Both the position numbers and the translations under genes were made by a program. Shown piece by piece: positions 1 to 9,758 of a stretch of 64,000 nucleotides of DNA. The DNA comes from Bacteriovoracaceae bacterium. Its GTDB lineage: Bacteria > Bdellovibrionota > Bacteriovoracia > Bacteriovoracales > Bacteriovoracaceae. Position 1 is the stretch's first letter. Each line of letters starts with the position of its first letter. A model generated the notes under the pieces. It was not told the origin of the DNA and made no database searches. It saw only the letters and a program-made list of their open reading frames with translations. Location of the stretch: contig JBLWTJ010000001.1 in the NCBI GenBank assembly GCA_048270185.1, forward strand, positions 1,024,001 to 1,088,000, given 5' to 3'.

Positions 1-12
1 TGTGAAAAGGAT

Positions 13-810
13 TTAAGTTGTCTTTAATTTTCTAACTAAAATCTTAAAGAGCCAAGGTAAATATTTAGATAAAATGATGCCCATCTTTTCTTTAAGGCCT
101 ACAATATGAAACTCATCATCTTGGGCAATAATATGGTCAACATATTGACGAGCAAAAACGTCAGGATCGATTCCCGCATTAGTGGCTTCATCCATCGTCC
201 CCTGCTTAGAGCCATCTGCCGTTAGGGCATTTATTGAGACATTGGTACGGACATATCCAGGACAACAAATTCCTATTTTTATTCCATAGTCATAAACCTC
301 AGCTCTTAGGGCATCAAAGAATCCGTGTATTGCATGTTTTGAAGCTGAATAACTAGCTCGTCCAGGAACTCCATAGAGTCCTACAACAGAAGAAGTTGTT
401 ACAATTTGTCCAGAACGTTTACTTGTGAAGTGAGGAAGAAGTGCCTTTGTTAGGCCAACTGTTCCAAGGTAGTTAATTTCCATTAACTTCTTATCAACAT
501 CTAGTCCTGTTTCAAGAGAAGAAGATCTTTGCGAGACTCCTCCATTATTAACAAGAATATCAATGCCACCAAAGGCTTTCATTGCCTCATCGACTTTAGT
601 ATTAAAGCTATCGTAAATAGATAGATCAAGAGTTAAGACATAGGCCTTATCGGGGTGAGTAAGCTTCCCCTTGACTTCTTTAAGAGCAATCTCATTTCGC
701 GCCGAAAGAATAAGACGTGCTCCTCTTTTTGAAAATTCATAAGCAAGAGCTTCACCAATTCCACTTGAGGCTCCAGTAATCCATACAATTTTATCTTCTA
801 TCTTGTTCAT
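13..810 (-). CDS. Short-chain dehydrogenase/reductase (DHRS7-like)
   Basis: TGASSGIG cofactor motif, NNGG, catalytic YSASK (YxxxK). Confidence 0.92.
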   Translation of the reverse strand: MNKIEDKIVWITGASSGIGEALAYEFSKRGARLILSARNEIALKEVKGKLTHPDKAYVLTLDLSIYDSFNTKVDEAMKAFGGIDILVNNGGVSQRSSSLETGLDVDKKLMEINYLGTVGLTKALLPHFTSKRSGQIVTTSSVVGLYGVPGRASYSASKHAIHGFFDALRAEVYDYGIKIGICCPGYVRTNVSINALTADGSKQGTMDEATNAGIDPDVFARQYVDHIIAQDDEFHIVGLKEKMGIILSKYLPWLFKILVRKLKTT

Positions 811-901
811 AGATTAATGCTAAGTTTAATTTTGTGAAATTTCAAGGTAAGTATCGTGACAAGTATCATGGCAAGCACCAAGGGAAACTCTCCGTGAATC
901 C

Positions 902-2818
902 TTATTCATTTGCCGTCTTTTTCAATTCTAAAACGACATCTCGATCGAGATCTTTAATCTTCTCAAACTTCAGTCCCATTTTCTTTAAAATAATACCATA
1001 AAGTCTTTCATGCTTTTTAGAAGTATAGACATAGACAGAGTCTAAGTCCTTATCCGCTTTAATTGAGGAGACTAATTGTTTTAGGAGTTCTTCACTAAGT
1101 TTTCGGTCCCCTAAATTTTCATCAACACTAAAGCGCACGGCCTCAGCAACTCTTCGGCCCTTCTTCCTTTCAACCACAACTCCCGTTGCCTTCTCAAATG
1201 GCATCGCTTCTTTTGTGGATTTAGATGAGACAAGGGCAAGCCCTCCCCGAATATTTTGAGGCTTATTTTTTTGTGTTGATACAAGTAAGACAGTACGATC
1301 TTCCATTGCCTTACTACTCTTAATAAAATTTGAAATTTCTTCGTCACTAAGATTTAGTCTCTTGCGATAGGTATCAGCAACAAAATTCCAATAATCATCA
1401 CTTAGCTTTGCTGCCTTTTTATCAGAATTCTTTAAATTGATTGCATAGTAATCCCCTTTATCAAGTTGGACTTTATAACCATGGCCCCCATTATTGAGAC
1501 ATTTAGATGATAAACAAAAATTGAGTTCTTCTAAGTCCTTGACTGAAGTAATAGGATCTTTAAGTGTTGCTTTCTTGGCGGTACTAACAGACTTAACAAC
1601 TGAGCCAATAGATGAAAATCCTACCCACGCAGACTCTGCAGCAAAGAGAAGAATATCATCACGATACTCTTGGCCACATTCAATATACTTTTGATAATAA
1701 CCTTGTTCTTTGGAGAGGATGAAATTATCAAGTAAAGCTTCACATTCTTTACTCTTTAATGGAAGTTCGATGGCCTCTTTTGCATAATAAGCTTTGGCCG
1801 AAAGACTTGCTGAACTTTGAGTTATTTTAGAAAATAACTCTTTTCGCATTCCCCACTTTGCGATACCAGCACTTCGAAGTCCCCAGACCCCTAACCTAAA
1901 AGCAGGGCCTGTAACAAGTGGAACAACAATAAATCCTGCTTCGATTGCTATATCTTTTATTTCTTCACTTTCAATATAATCTTTATTCTTTTGATAGAGA
2001 TGACAAGCTAATTTACCTGTCTCAGGATTACTTACCTCACTCGACCAATCAATTTCATTTAAGAGCTCATTAGTCACGTCATCAATTTTAATCCCACTTC
2101 CAAGAGCCTCTAAGAAATTTTTAAGCCGGCTCTCTCTTAATTCATTCGTACGTGAATTATTTGAGTAATTGAAATCACTTTCTTCTTGAATGAAGCGTGC
2201 CTTAATTTCCGATACTTTATCTTGAGCAGCACTTAAGTAATCAGAATATGTATTTACAAGTGATTGCTTGAATACTTTTTGATTATAAGAATCAGTTAAA
2301 ATTATCCCCTCTATATCTGGCCCTGCAAGGACAGGCCTTTTTGATAAGAGAAGTAATTTTAATTTCTGCAGTTGCTGAAGCTTCTCTTCAAGATCCACTC
2401 GCATCTTTGGAGTACAAACTCTGAAACATTGATTTAATTTATTTGAAGTAGTCTCTAGTTCTTTTGCGACAATACGTAATTGTTCAAAGTCTTCTTGGAT
2501 ATTATTAAATTGTTCCTCATACCACTGGCGACTTTCATGAGCTTCGACAAATCCACTACGCAAGAAACGTAACATTCCTTTATTATTATCAATTTCTGCC
2601 TGTAAGAAAGCTTTCTTCTCATTTGCTTTCTCAATAATCCAAGACCATTCACTTAAAGCGCTACTTTTTAATAAAGGAGTAGAAATTGATTTAGCTTCGA
2701 TACAGCTTAGATCTGACTCATTTTTAATTAAGTAAGCACACCTATTCTCAATTGAATCCGATGCGTGAACTTTTAAAAATAAAAGTAAAAGAAATAGAAG
2801 TCTTCCCAAAGATATCAC
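902..2818 (-). CDS. Secreted multidomain protein with C-terminal GNAT-like (FeeM/LuxI-type) acyltransferase domain
   Basis: Signal peptide (..LLLFLKVHA), coiled-coil N-half, two hydrophobic segments, C-terminal MPFE..VAEAVRFSVD..VYVYTSKKHERLY..MGLKF pattern. GTG start. Confidence 0.55.
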   Translation of the reverse strand: MISLGRLLFLLLLFLKVHASDSIENRCAYLIKNESDLSCIEAKSISTPLLKSSALSEWSWIIEKANEKKAFLQAEIDNNKGMLRFLRSGFVEAHESRQWYEEQFNNIQEDFEQLRIVAKELETTSNKLNQCFRVCTPKMRVDLEEKLQQLQKLKLLLLSKRPVLAGPDIEGIILTDSYNQKVFKQSLVNTYSDYLSAAQDKVSEIKARFIQEESDFNYSNNSRTNELRESRLKNFLEALGSGIKIDDVTNELLNEIDWSSEVSNPETGKLACHLYQKNKDYIESEEIKDIAIEAGFIVVPLVTGPAFRLGVWGLRSAGIAKWGMRKELFSKITQSSASLSAKAYYAKEAIELPLKSKECEALLDNFILSKEQGYYQKYIECGQEYRDDILLFAAESAWVGFSSIGSVVKSVSTAKKATLKDPITSVKDLEELNFCLSSKCLNNGGHGYKVQLDKGDYYAINLKNSDKKAAKLSDDYWNFVADTYRKRLNLSDEEISNFIKSSKAMEDRTVLLVSTQKNKPQNIRGGLALVSSKSTKEAMPFEKATGVVVERKKGRRVAEAVRFSVDENLGDRKLSEELLKQLVSSIKADKDLDSVYVYTSKKHERLYGIILKKMGLKFEKIKDLDRDVVLELKKTANE

Positions 2819-2825
2819 ACTAAAC

Positions 2826-2853
2826 CTATCGGCTTTTCACCCAAATATATTGA
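2826..2853 (-). promoter_or_regulatory. Sigma-28 (FliA)-like promoter
   Basis: TCAATATA-N12-GCCGATAG on the minus strand, 7 nt before the GTG at 2818 (possibly leaderless). Confidence 0.55.
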
Positions 2854-2956
2854 GGAAAAATAAAATAAACTACTGAAATTAGATTGAGATTTTAGGCAAA
2901 GTAGAACTTAACCTTTCTTTAATCCGCAAGAAGCTAGGTTAACCGAATAGAGAGAC

Positions 2957-4129
2957 GTGGAAAATAGAATAAACCTCGACCTATTATTAGAAAATATCAA
3001 CGGTATAGCATACCGCTGCTTGAATGATGCTGAGTGGACCATGTTGTTTATCACCTCAGGAGTAGAGCGTATTACCGGCTACAAAGCATCTGATTTTATC
3101 CAGAATAAGAACTTATCTTTTGATGATATCTATCACCCTGAAGATCGAGATAGAATTTTTGAAGAGGTATCTTACGCATTAAAAGCTCATAAATCCTACA
3201 CTATCGAATATCGAGTAAAGCATAAGGCCGGGCATTATATTTATCTATGGGAGCAAGGCATTGGAATCTACGAAAACAACGAAGTCATTGCTCTTGAAGG
3301 TTATATTACAGATATAACACTTCAAAAAATGACAGAAATTGATTTAATGGAGAAAGTGAATCAACAGGCCAGTGAGCTTTTGAGACAAAGAGAAGATGAG
3401 ATTGAAAGAGCAAATTTTTTAAGAACACTAGAATTAACTAAAGCCATGGCACATGAGTTTAAAAATCCACTTACACTAACACTAAATTCCTGCAATATAA
3501 TGAAAACAGAAATAGGAAGGGATCCAATTAATCGACAAAGAATCGAGATGCTAATTTCCATCATGAAGAATGCGAATTTACGTATCAATGATATTGTTGA
3601 AACAATCGACTTAACATTTCGTTCACTTTCAAACAAAAGAGGGCTTTTTCATATTAGGGAGCTTATTGATAAGAGTTTGAATGAAGAGCTTAGGCAAGAA
3701 ATTGAAAAAGAAAATATAAGGATAAATATCGATCAAGGTATTATTCAATACTTACTAGAAATAACAGGCCAAAACTTTATTCAGTCATTAAGAAATATTT
3801 TGAGAAACTCAATAAAGGCCATTAGAGATTCTGAAAAAAAATCACAAGGAGTCATTACCATCAATGTAGATGAAGCGGAAGATGAAACACTCCACCTTGA
3901 AATTTATGATAATGGAGTTGGTATATCAAAGGAATGTATGGATATCATCACTATCCCCTTCTATTCTACATCCACAAGTAATACAAGTGGCGGCCTAGGA
4001 CTTGCAACAGCTAAGTTTCTGTTTCAACACGATAATATAGGAATAGCTTTTGAGAGTGAAAAAGACGAATGGACCAAGGTTATTCTAATAATACCTAAAA
4101 GTCGCTGGAGGCAGAATGGAAACAATTAA
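2957..4129 (+). CDS. PAS-domain sensor histidine kinase
   Basis: PAS_3-like YRCLNDAEWTMLF..YHPEDR, H-box AHEFKNPL, NSIKA, DNGVGI, GLGL boxes. Confidence 0.9.
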   Translation: MENRINLDLLLENINGIAYRCLNDAEWTMLFITSGVERITGYKASDFIQNKNLSFDDIYHPEDRDRIFEEVSYALKAHKSYTIEYRVKHKAGHYIYLWEQGIGIYENNEVIALEGYITDITLQKMTEIDLMEKVNQQASELLRQREDEIERANFLRTLELTKAMAHEFKNPLTLTLNSCNIMKTEIGRDPINRQRIEMLISIMKNANLRINDIVETIDLTFRSLSNKRGLFHIRELIDKSLNEELRQEIEKENIRINIDQGIIQYLLEITGQNFIQSLRNILRNSIKAIRDSEKKSQGVITINVDEAEDETLHLEIYDNGVGISKECMDIITIPFYSTSTSNTSGGLGLATAKFLFQHDNIGIAFESEKDEWTKVILIIPKSRWRQNGNN

Positions 4130-4502
4130 TATCCTCTTTGTAGATGATGAACCAGCACTTCTCGAATTAATTGAACTCTATTTTGAAGATGAAATCGAAG
4201 CAGGTGTCTTTCACCCATTCTTTTGTGAGTCTGCACAAGATGCTCTGAATTTGTTAGAACATAATGATGATCTAGAAATTTCAGTAGTTGTGACAGATAT
4301 TAATATGCCTAAGATGAATGGTATTGAGTTTGCTGAAAAACTTAGAAAGTTCTACCCTCAAATTGCACTCTACATGATGTCGGCCTATGGGGATCAAAGG
4401 ACACTAGATGAGATAAAGCATCTCGATGTAAAATACTATTTCAACAAACCCGTGGATTTTGATGATTTAAAAAATATTTTAATTCAAAAGAATGTAGCTT
4501 AA
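4116..4502 (+). CDS. Single-domain response regulator (CheY-like)
   Basis: FVDDE, TDINMP, KP motifs; overlaps the kinase stop. Confidence 0.92.
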   Translation: METINILFVDDEPALLELIELYFEDEIEAGVFHPFFCESAQDALNLLEHNDDLEISVVVTDINMPKMNGIEFAEKLRKFYPQIALYMMSAYGDQRTLDEIKHLDVKYYFNKPVDFDDLKNILIQKNVA

Positions 4503-4918
4503 AGAAAATGTACTAAAAAGCCTAGTTCCTCTCTAATTTCTTTATCTGAAATATTTAATTCATCTGCTCTTTCTAGTAGATCTTGACATCCACCTTTTTT
4601 TCCAAAGTTCTCTTCTGCACAATCTTTCATCTTACTTAGCGTTGATGATTTAAATGAATTCAAGATTTGTTCTTTAATTTCTTCATCTGTTGCACCGTAT
4701 TTCTTTGCACGATCAAGAACATCATCACAACCAAGGCCATCTATTAAATAAGCATCAACAGTTTCTGTCACTTTTGCACCATCAGATAACATCACACAGA
4801 AGTGAAGATCGGTCATAGCCGCTGCTTTCTTAACAGCTCTTCTCATACGATTTTCTGTGTTAGCAAAAGCCTGAGCTGCAAATGTTAAAAGTATAGCTAT
4901 GATAATAAACTTCTTCAT
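4499..4918 (-). CDS. Secreted hypothetical protein with an internal duplication
   Basis: Signal peptide ending AFA; GGAG SD; GCDDVLDRA..TDEEIKEQ and GCQDLLERA..SDKEIREE. Confidence 0.75.
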   Translation of the reverse strand: MKKFIIIAILLTFAAQAFANTENRMRRAVKKAAAMTDLHFCVMLSDGAKVTETVDAYLIDGLGCDDVLDRAKKYGATDEEIKEQILNSFKSSTLSKMKDCAEENFGKKGGCQDLLERADELNISDKEIREELGFLVHFL

Positions 4919-5089
4919 ATAGTCTCCATAAGTGTTTTGCTAAATATAACAGCTGATGGGAAACACAATAAAAGAAACTTCAAATCCGTATATCCTTTAC
5001 ATGTACAAAAAATTGACAATGATAGCTCTCAATTGGTTCGAAACTAGCATTGCTTAAAGTTTAATCCTTGCCAATATAAGTAACTGTTT

Positions 5090-5488
5090 TTACTCACTAA
5101 AAATATTATGTCTAAAATCAGCGTCGTAATCACCAGATTTGATATTTAGAAGTACGAATACTGAGTCGGCTCCGTAGTTTCCATTATAAACAGACTCAAT
5201 TCTGATATTATACACAACACATTCCTCGGCCTTAAAACATCCTCTGATATTAGCAATTGCACTCTTAGATAGACTCTCATCAAATGATCGGTTTAAATAA
5301 GCATCAAAGTTATCCTCTGATACGACAAAGAAATTTGAGTTAACACGTTTGTGACCGGCTTTCCAAAGGTACTTCCTTTCCACCTTGGCCACGAATGAAA
5401 TAATATCATCTTGAGCTTTTTGATCTAAGTAACTAGAAGCAAAGACAAGACTATTAAGAGCAAGGGCAATAATAATAAAGATTCTCAT
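5090..5488 (-). CDS. Secreted hypothetical protein
   Basis: Signal peptide ending VFA; AGGAG SD. Confidence 0.75.
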   Translation of the reverse strand: MRIFIIIALALNSLVFASSYLDQKAQDDIISFVAKVERKYLWKAGHKRVNSNFFVVSEDNFDAYLNRSFDESLSKSAIANIRGCFKAEECVVYNIRIESVYNGNYGADSVFVLLNIKSGDYDADFRHNIFSE

Positions 5489-5576
5489 AATAAACTCCTA
5501 TCGTTTCTCAACTTTATATAGAAGTTATATGCCTAGTGGATAAATATGAATATTAGAATAAAAGAATACAGCCTAT

Positions 5577-6428
5577 CTAATTTTTGGAGACATAAAAATT
5601 GACGACTCGTCCCTCTTGCTTGTTACTGTCATGACCTTCTAGCATCTCTAAACCATCAAGGGAATTTAAGGCACTTAGCATAATTTCATCCCAACCAGAA
5701 ATAAAGAGCAGGTAGAACTTTGCTCCAGAATCGATGAGGTCCTTAAAGTGTGAGATCAGTCGAGGTACATTATCCGTTCCTACTGAATCATAGAGGTAGT
5801 AAGCATCGTAGCCCGCAAACGCTTTAGGGTTTTCTAAGAAGTCACAAGTTTTAAACTTAAGATTATCGAGCTTGAACTCGGAGGCCAATTTATTTGTAAA
5901 TTGCACACGTTCGTCAACAAGCTCTAGTCCGAGGTAATTAAGTTTACTCTTAATTTTTAGGGCCAAGTAAAGAAGTGCTCGTCCTGTACCTGATCCAAGA
6001 TCACATAGAGATGTTATTTCAGGGTGTGCATTTATAAACTCAACGAGAAGGTCGAGATCATCATAACAAGCAGTATAGACATGGTAGTTTTCACCAAAGA
6101 TAATATTATTATCATCTCCATTACACTCATTACCCTCTTCATATTCTTCAGGATAGAGATGCTCAATATCGATTACTTTAAGAAGACGATCATAAATAAG
6201 ATCACGAAAGCTTGGATCAAACTGACCTGCTGTAATTACATTCTTTACCAGGGTCATAATCTCACCCACTGTCTCAAAATCTAAATTATCAAAATAGGCC
6301 TCTTTTAGAACAAGAGCATCACGACGATTAATCTTACAGATTTTATTAAGAAATTTACTTTGGTCAGCTAACGGTCTTGATAAGACTTGCTGCCATCTCT
6401 TTTGAGGGTTTAAAAATTGGAAGAACAT
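5577..6428 (-). CDS. Class I SAM-dependent methyltransferase (DOT1-like motif order)
   Basis: DLGSGTGR motif I, GLEL acidic motif, CDFL, YYLYD. Confidence 0.8.
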   Translation of the reverse strand: MFFQFLNPQKRWQQVLSRPLADQSKFLNKICKINRRDALVLKEAYFDNLDFETVGEIMTLVKNVITAGQFDPSFRDLIYDRLLKVIDIEHLYPEEYEEGNECNGDDNNIIFGENYHVYTACYDDLDLLVEFINAHPEITSLCDLGSGTGRALLYLALKIKSKLNYLGLELVDERVQFTNKLASEFKLDNLKFKTCDFLENPKAFAGYDAYYLYDSVGTDNVPRLISHFKDLIDSGAKFYLLFISGWDEIMLSALNSLDGLEMLEGHDSNKQEGRVVNFYVSKN

Positions 6429-6508
6429 ATTAAGAACTTAGCCTTTTAGAGCTCAAAAGGCCCGAAGTATTTTTACCTTAAAATTTACGAACGATTAAAG
6501 GAATTAGC

Positions 6509-7240
6509 TTATATACTTGTAGCAATCGTGTATGAGAGATGTTCATACTTTAGTGCTAACTCATCATTATAGTCTTCAAGCAGTGGCCATAGCTCGTCTC
6601 TATAGTTGGGACCAAATATATTTATAGTGCCTTCACTTACGGACTTATTATAACCTACTAGCTCTTTATTAACTTCAGCGACTTTCTTTATATAGAGCTT
6701 ACGCTCATTTTCAGTTAGTTGATGTGAAGTAAAATCGGCCGTTAAAATACTTGCAAACTTAGCTTGTCTCTTTAGAGCATCTCTATACTTGGGGATCTTA
6801 TTCAATCTATCAATTAAGTCGATATGTGCTAAGACCTTCTTCTTGGCCTCGTTTTCGTTTCTATCTTTTAAAAGATAGTAATCATATATTCGACGGTATA
6901 GTTCAAGTTGTACCTCTTTCCAATTAACACCCTCAGCATCAATTCCATCTTTATCAACAACAACCATCAATAATAAGCTATCTATTTTGTTATTGAAGTG
7001 ATTATTGATTTCTTCAATAGAGTCGCTTTTCTTCTCTTTGTTCTCTTTGTTCTCAATTTTCTTAGCTTTTATTGTATATTTTTCAGATAATAATTGATGA
7101 TTCGATTCATTAACATTGATATTGGAAGGAGGTGATGAAGTTTCTTTATTAACAGTAATATCTTTTTGATTTGAAAAGAAATTAAAAATAACGATAAAAA
7201 TAATTGCTAGGCTCACACCTAAGAAGATAGATTTTTTCAT
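6509..7240 (-). CDS. Membrane-anchored hypothetical protein
   Basis: N-terminal TM helix; ATGA overlap with the upstream kinase. Confidence 0.7.
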   Translation of the reverse strand: MKKSIFLGVSLAIIFIVIFNFFSNQKDITVNKETSSPPSNINVNESNHQLLSEKYTIKAKKIENKENKEKKSDSIEEINNHFNNKIDSLLLMVVVDKDGIDAEGVNWKEVQLELYRRIYDYYLLKDRNENEAKKKVLAHIDLIDRLNKIPKYRDALKRQAKFASILTADFTSHQLTENERKLYIKKVAEVNKELVGYNKSVSEGTINIFGPNYRDELWPLLEDYNDELALKYEHLSYTIATSI

Positions 7241-8598
7241 AATTCTTTAGAAATAGTAACTGTTGTACCTGTATTTAACTCGGATTCAAATTTCACGCTG
7301 AAGCCTAGCTCCCGGCAAACTTTTTTTAAAATGAAAAGTCCTAAGCCTCTCCCCGTCTCACCTTTTGTCCCGCTAGTGCTTTGGAAGACTTGATCGGTAT
7401 TACGATTCATTTCATGTAAGACTGACTCTTCAATACCAAGTCCCGTATCTGAACATGAAATATATATTTTTTCACTATCCTCATAGCAACTTATGACTAG
7501 ATTTGATTTTTCTTTTGAGAACTTAATTGCATTTTGAATAATATTACCAAGAACACTATCCTTGAGGGCCTCTTTATTTGTATGAATATGAACATCACGA
7601 TTAGGCTTATAGTCCAAGCTAATATTTATCTTCTTCTCACCTGCTTGTTCCTTATATTCAAATATTAACTCTTCTAAAGCTTCTTTTATTGAAACATCTA
7701 CTAATTTAAAAGAGCTCGAGTTCTCATCAATTACATTACGAGTATTCTCAATAATGCCCTTTACTGAATTATAATAAGTATCAAGTTTTTCAGCGGCTTT
7801 TTCATACTCCCCACGTCTTATGAGGCGCCTTACGTGCTCGACGATGAGCATTTTATTAGCAATGTCATGACTGATAATACGATTGGCAAGTAGTGCTTCT
7901 TTATGGGCCTCAGTGATTTTTTTCTCAATAAGCTCAAGCTCAAGATTCTTTTTTTCCAATTCGTTATTATGCTGAAGATTTGTGTAAATTAAGTTCTGGT
8001 AGTACTTATCAAGTTTGAAGATCCTAAGAATAAAGATTTGGAATGAAGCAAAGAAAGATGGAGAACTCATATGCTCATCAATATGGTAAGTGAGAACATT
8101 CCCCTCTTGGCTCGTTTTAATTTTCCAAACCATTGATTCAGACACTAATTTAGGAAGAGCAAGAAAGACAATCCGGTACATGTCAACAAAGACAGGAAAT
8201 ATATCATCCTCATCTTTAAAAGTGAGCTTAATATCAAATGTCTTCTTACCTGTTTTAATTAATTCGGCCGTCACTTGATCAGTATAAAAGGTTTTAAATG
8301 AGTATTTCAAAATAAAGTCGCCAACAAAGCGAAAACTAATCATGCGACTGAGAATATCGAGAACCTGTTTGACGAATTTATTTGTGAGCCCATGCTTCGT
8401 CATACCTTCATAGAATTTATTATATTTTCGATTAAGTGCCTCAGTTATGATTCGGTAATCATACCAAGTGATGTACTTATTCTCGTCTTTAATAGTAGTG
8501 TAATCGAAACCAAGGTTTTCAAAGAATAGGTTAGGCTCATCATTGTTTTCAATGATGAAGTTTATATAGGCATGGACGGCTTTATTACTAACGTTCAA
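7237..8598 (-). CDS. Orphan sensor histidine kinase
   Basis: H-box SHDIAN, NIIQNAIKFS, DTGLGI, GRGLGL; TTG start with GAGG SD; N-terminal input domain not identified. Confidence 0.88.
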   Translation of the reverse strand: MNVSNKAVHAYINFIIENNDEPNLFFENLGFDYTTIKDENKYITWYDYRIITEALNRKYNKFYEGMTKHGLTNKFVKQVLDILSRMISFRFVGDFILKYSFKTFYTDQVTAELIKTGKKTFDIKLTFKDEDDIFPVFVDMYRIVFLALPKLVSESMVWKIKTSQEGNVLTYHIDEHMSSPSFFASFQIFILRIFKLDKYYQNLIYTNLQHNNELEKKNLELELIEKKITEAHKEALLANRIISHDIANKMLIVEHVRRLIRRGEYEKAAEKLDTYYNSVKGIIENTRNVIDENSSSFKLVDVSIKEALEELIFEYKEQAGEKKINISLDYKPNRDVHIHTNKEALKDSVLGNIIQNAIKFSKEKSNLVISCYEDSEKIYISCSDTGLGIEESVLHEMNRNTDQVFQSTSGTKGETGRGLGLFILKKVCRELGFSVKFESELNTGTTVTISKEL

Positions 8599-8699
8599 CT
8601 TAATCCTCGTAATTATAAATTTTACAACACAAACGAGGATTATCCTAGAAAACTTCTGCTAAAATTTTATGAAATAGTGCGCTACAATTTTTGTACTTA

Positions 8700-9479
8700 T
8701 TACTTACCTCGAGCACCAGATGGGCCACCTAGAAATTCATGTCTAATCGCTGCTGGATCTTGTCTTACTTTGCTTTCAATTTTACGTGAGATATCGCCGA
8801 GGTCACTATCTACTCTCTTATACTCATAGCCATGACAATTTACATTTTGATCACCTACTGCAAAATCAGAACACTCATTATTAGCGGCAATATCTCTCTT
8901 CTTTTTTGCTTCATCCATATAGAATTTAGCAAATTTCACACATTCATCTGGTGATGAATCTTTCATATTAAGACAGTTGTCATAGACCTTAATTCCTTCA
9001 TCTCCAAGCTGTTCGTGAACTTGCGCCTTAAGAGCAAATTGATGAGAAGTTTCTTGGCAGAATTTCTTATCATCAGAGGACTGAAGACAGCGTCTCATTC
9101 TAAACTCATAAGCGTCACAGGCATAGCTTGTAGCATATTTGCAGTTATCTTTCTTCGTAACTTTCTTGGTAACTTTCTTGGTAACTTTCTTGCTATCTTT
9201 CTTTACTGGCTTTGGTGAAGGTTTTGTTGAGCTTATGCCACACTTTACTTCTCCTGCAACAATACTTCCATCAACAAGACCTTCTGCGTTTCGGCCACAT
9301 TTTGTTTCCACAAGTTTTAAACGATAATTAGACTGACACACACTTCGGTCAATTGAATTCGTCTTTGTTCGACAAGCCTGTTGAACTTCTCTTACATGCT
9401 TTAAATGAGCTTCAGAGAATGTTTGTGCATAAGAAAATTGTAGTAAAAACAGTGCTGAACAAGTAAAAAAACGAAACAT
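8700..9479 (-). CDS. Secreted Cys-rich protein with Lys-rich linker
   Basis: Signal peptide ending SYA, many cysteines, (KKVT)n linker; GAGG SD. Confidence 0.75.
   Translation of the reverse strand: MFRFFTCSALFLLQFSYAQTFSEAHLKHVREVQQACRTKTNSIDRSVCQSNYRLKLVETKCGRNAEGLVDGSIVAGEVKCGISSTKPSPKPVKKDSKKVTKKVTKKVTKKDNCKYATSYACDAYEFRMRRCLQSSDDKKFCQETSHQFALKAQVHEQLGDEGIKVYDNCLNMKDSSPDECVKFAKFYMDEAKKKRDIAANNECSDFAVGDQNVNCHGYEYKRVDSDLGDISRKIESKVRQDPAAIRHEFLGGPSGARGK
9149..9203. repeat. 12-bp tandem repeat (CTTTCTTGGTAA), about 4.5 copies, in frame
   Basis: ctttcttcgtaa ctttcttggtaa ctttcttggtaa ctttcttgctat ctttctt; encodes KKDSKKVTKKVTKKVTKK. Confidence 0.9.
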
Positions 9480-9508
9480 TATATCCTCACCTTGAATTAT
9501 ATTAATCC

Positions 9509-9536
9509 ATATCGGTTATTGATGAGAATTACCTTA
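9509..9536 (-). promoter_or_regulatory. Sigma-28-like promoter
   Basis: TAAGGTAA-N12-ACCGATAT about 30 nt upstream of the ATG at 9479. Confidence 0.45.
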
Positions 9537-9719
9537 GTGTTTTAATCCGACATAACGAGAATTGCACATAAGTCACTGTATTTACTTAGAGAATCATACC
9601 AATAAATTAAGCTTTTATTAAATCGATGAACCCATTTTTCTGTTAAGATGTGAATAGTGGTAGTTCTTGATGGAGAAAAATCGCTCTACGTACAGTACAT
9701 GTTACGTGTACGGCTTAAC

Positions 9720-9752
9720 AAAAAAGCCCTTCTTAATGTAGGGCTTTTTTGT
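9720..9752. terminator. Bidirectional intrinsic terminator
   Basis: AAAAAAGCCCT-tcttaatgt-AGGGCTTTTTT directly downstream of the glutaminase gene. Confidence 0.85.
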
Positions 9753-9758
9753 TTTTAA

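Noticed and set aside
9149..9203. Possible CRISPR or iteron array
   Set aside because: Head-to-tail in-frame coding repeat without spacers; no cas genes in the window.
9670..9741. 23-codon ORF MEKNRSTYSTCYVYGLTKKPFLM
   Set aside because: No SD, runs into the terminator stem, no recognisable features.
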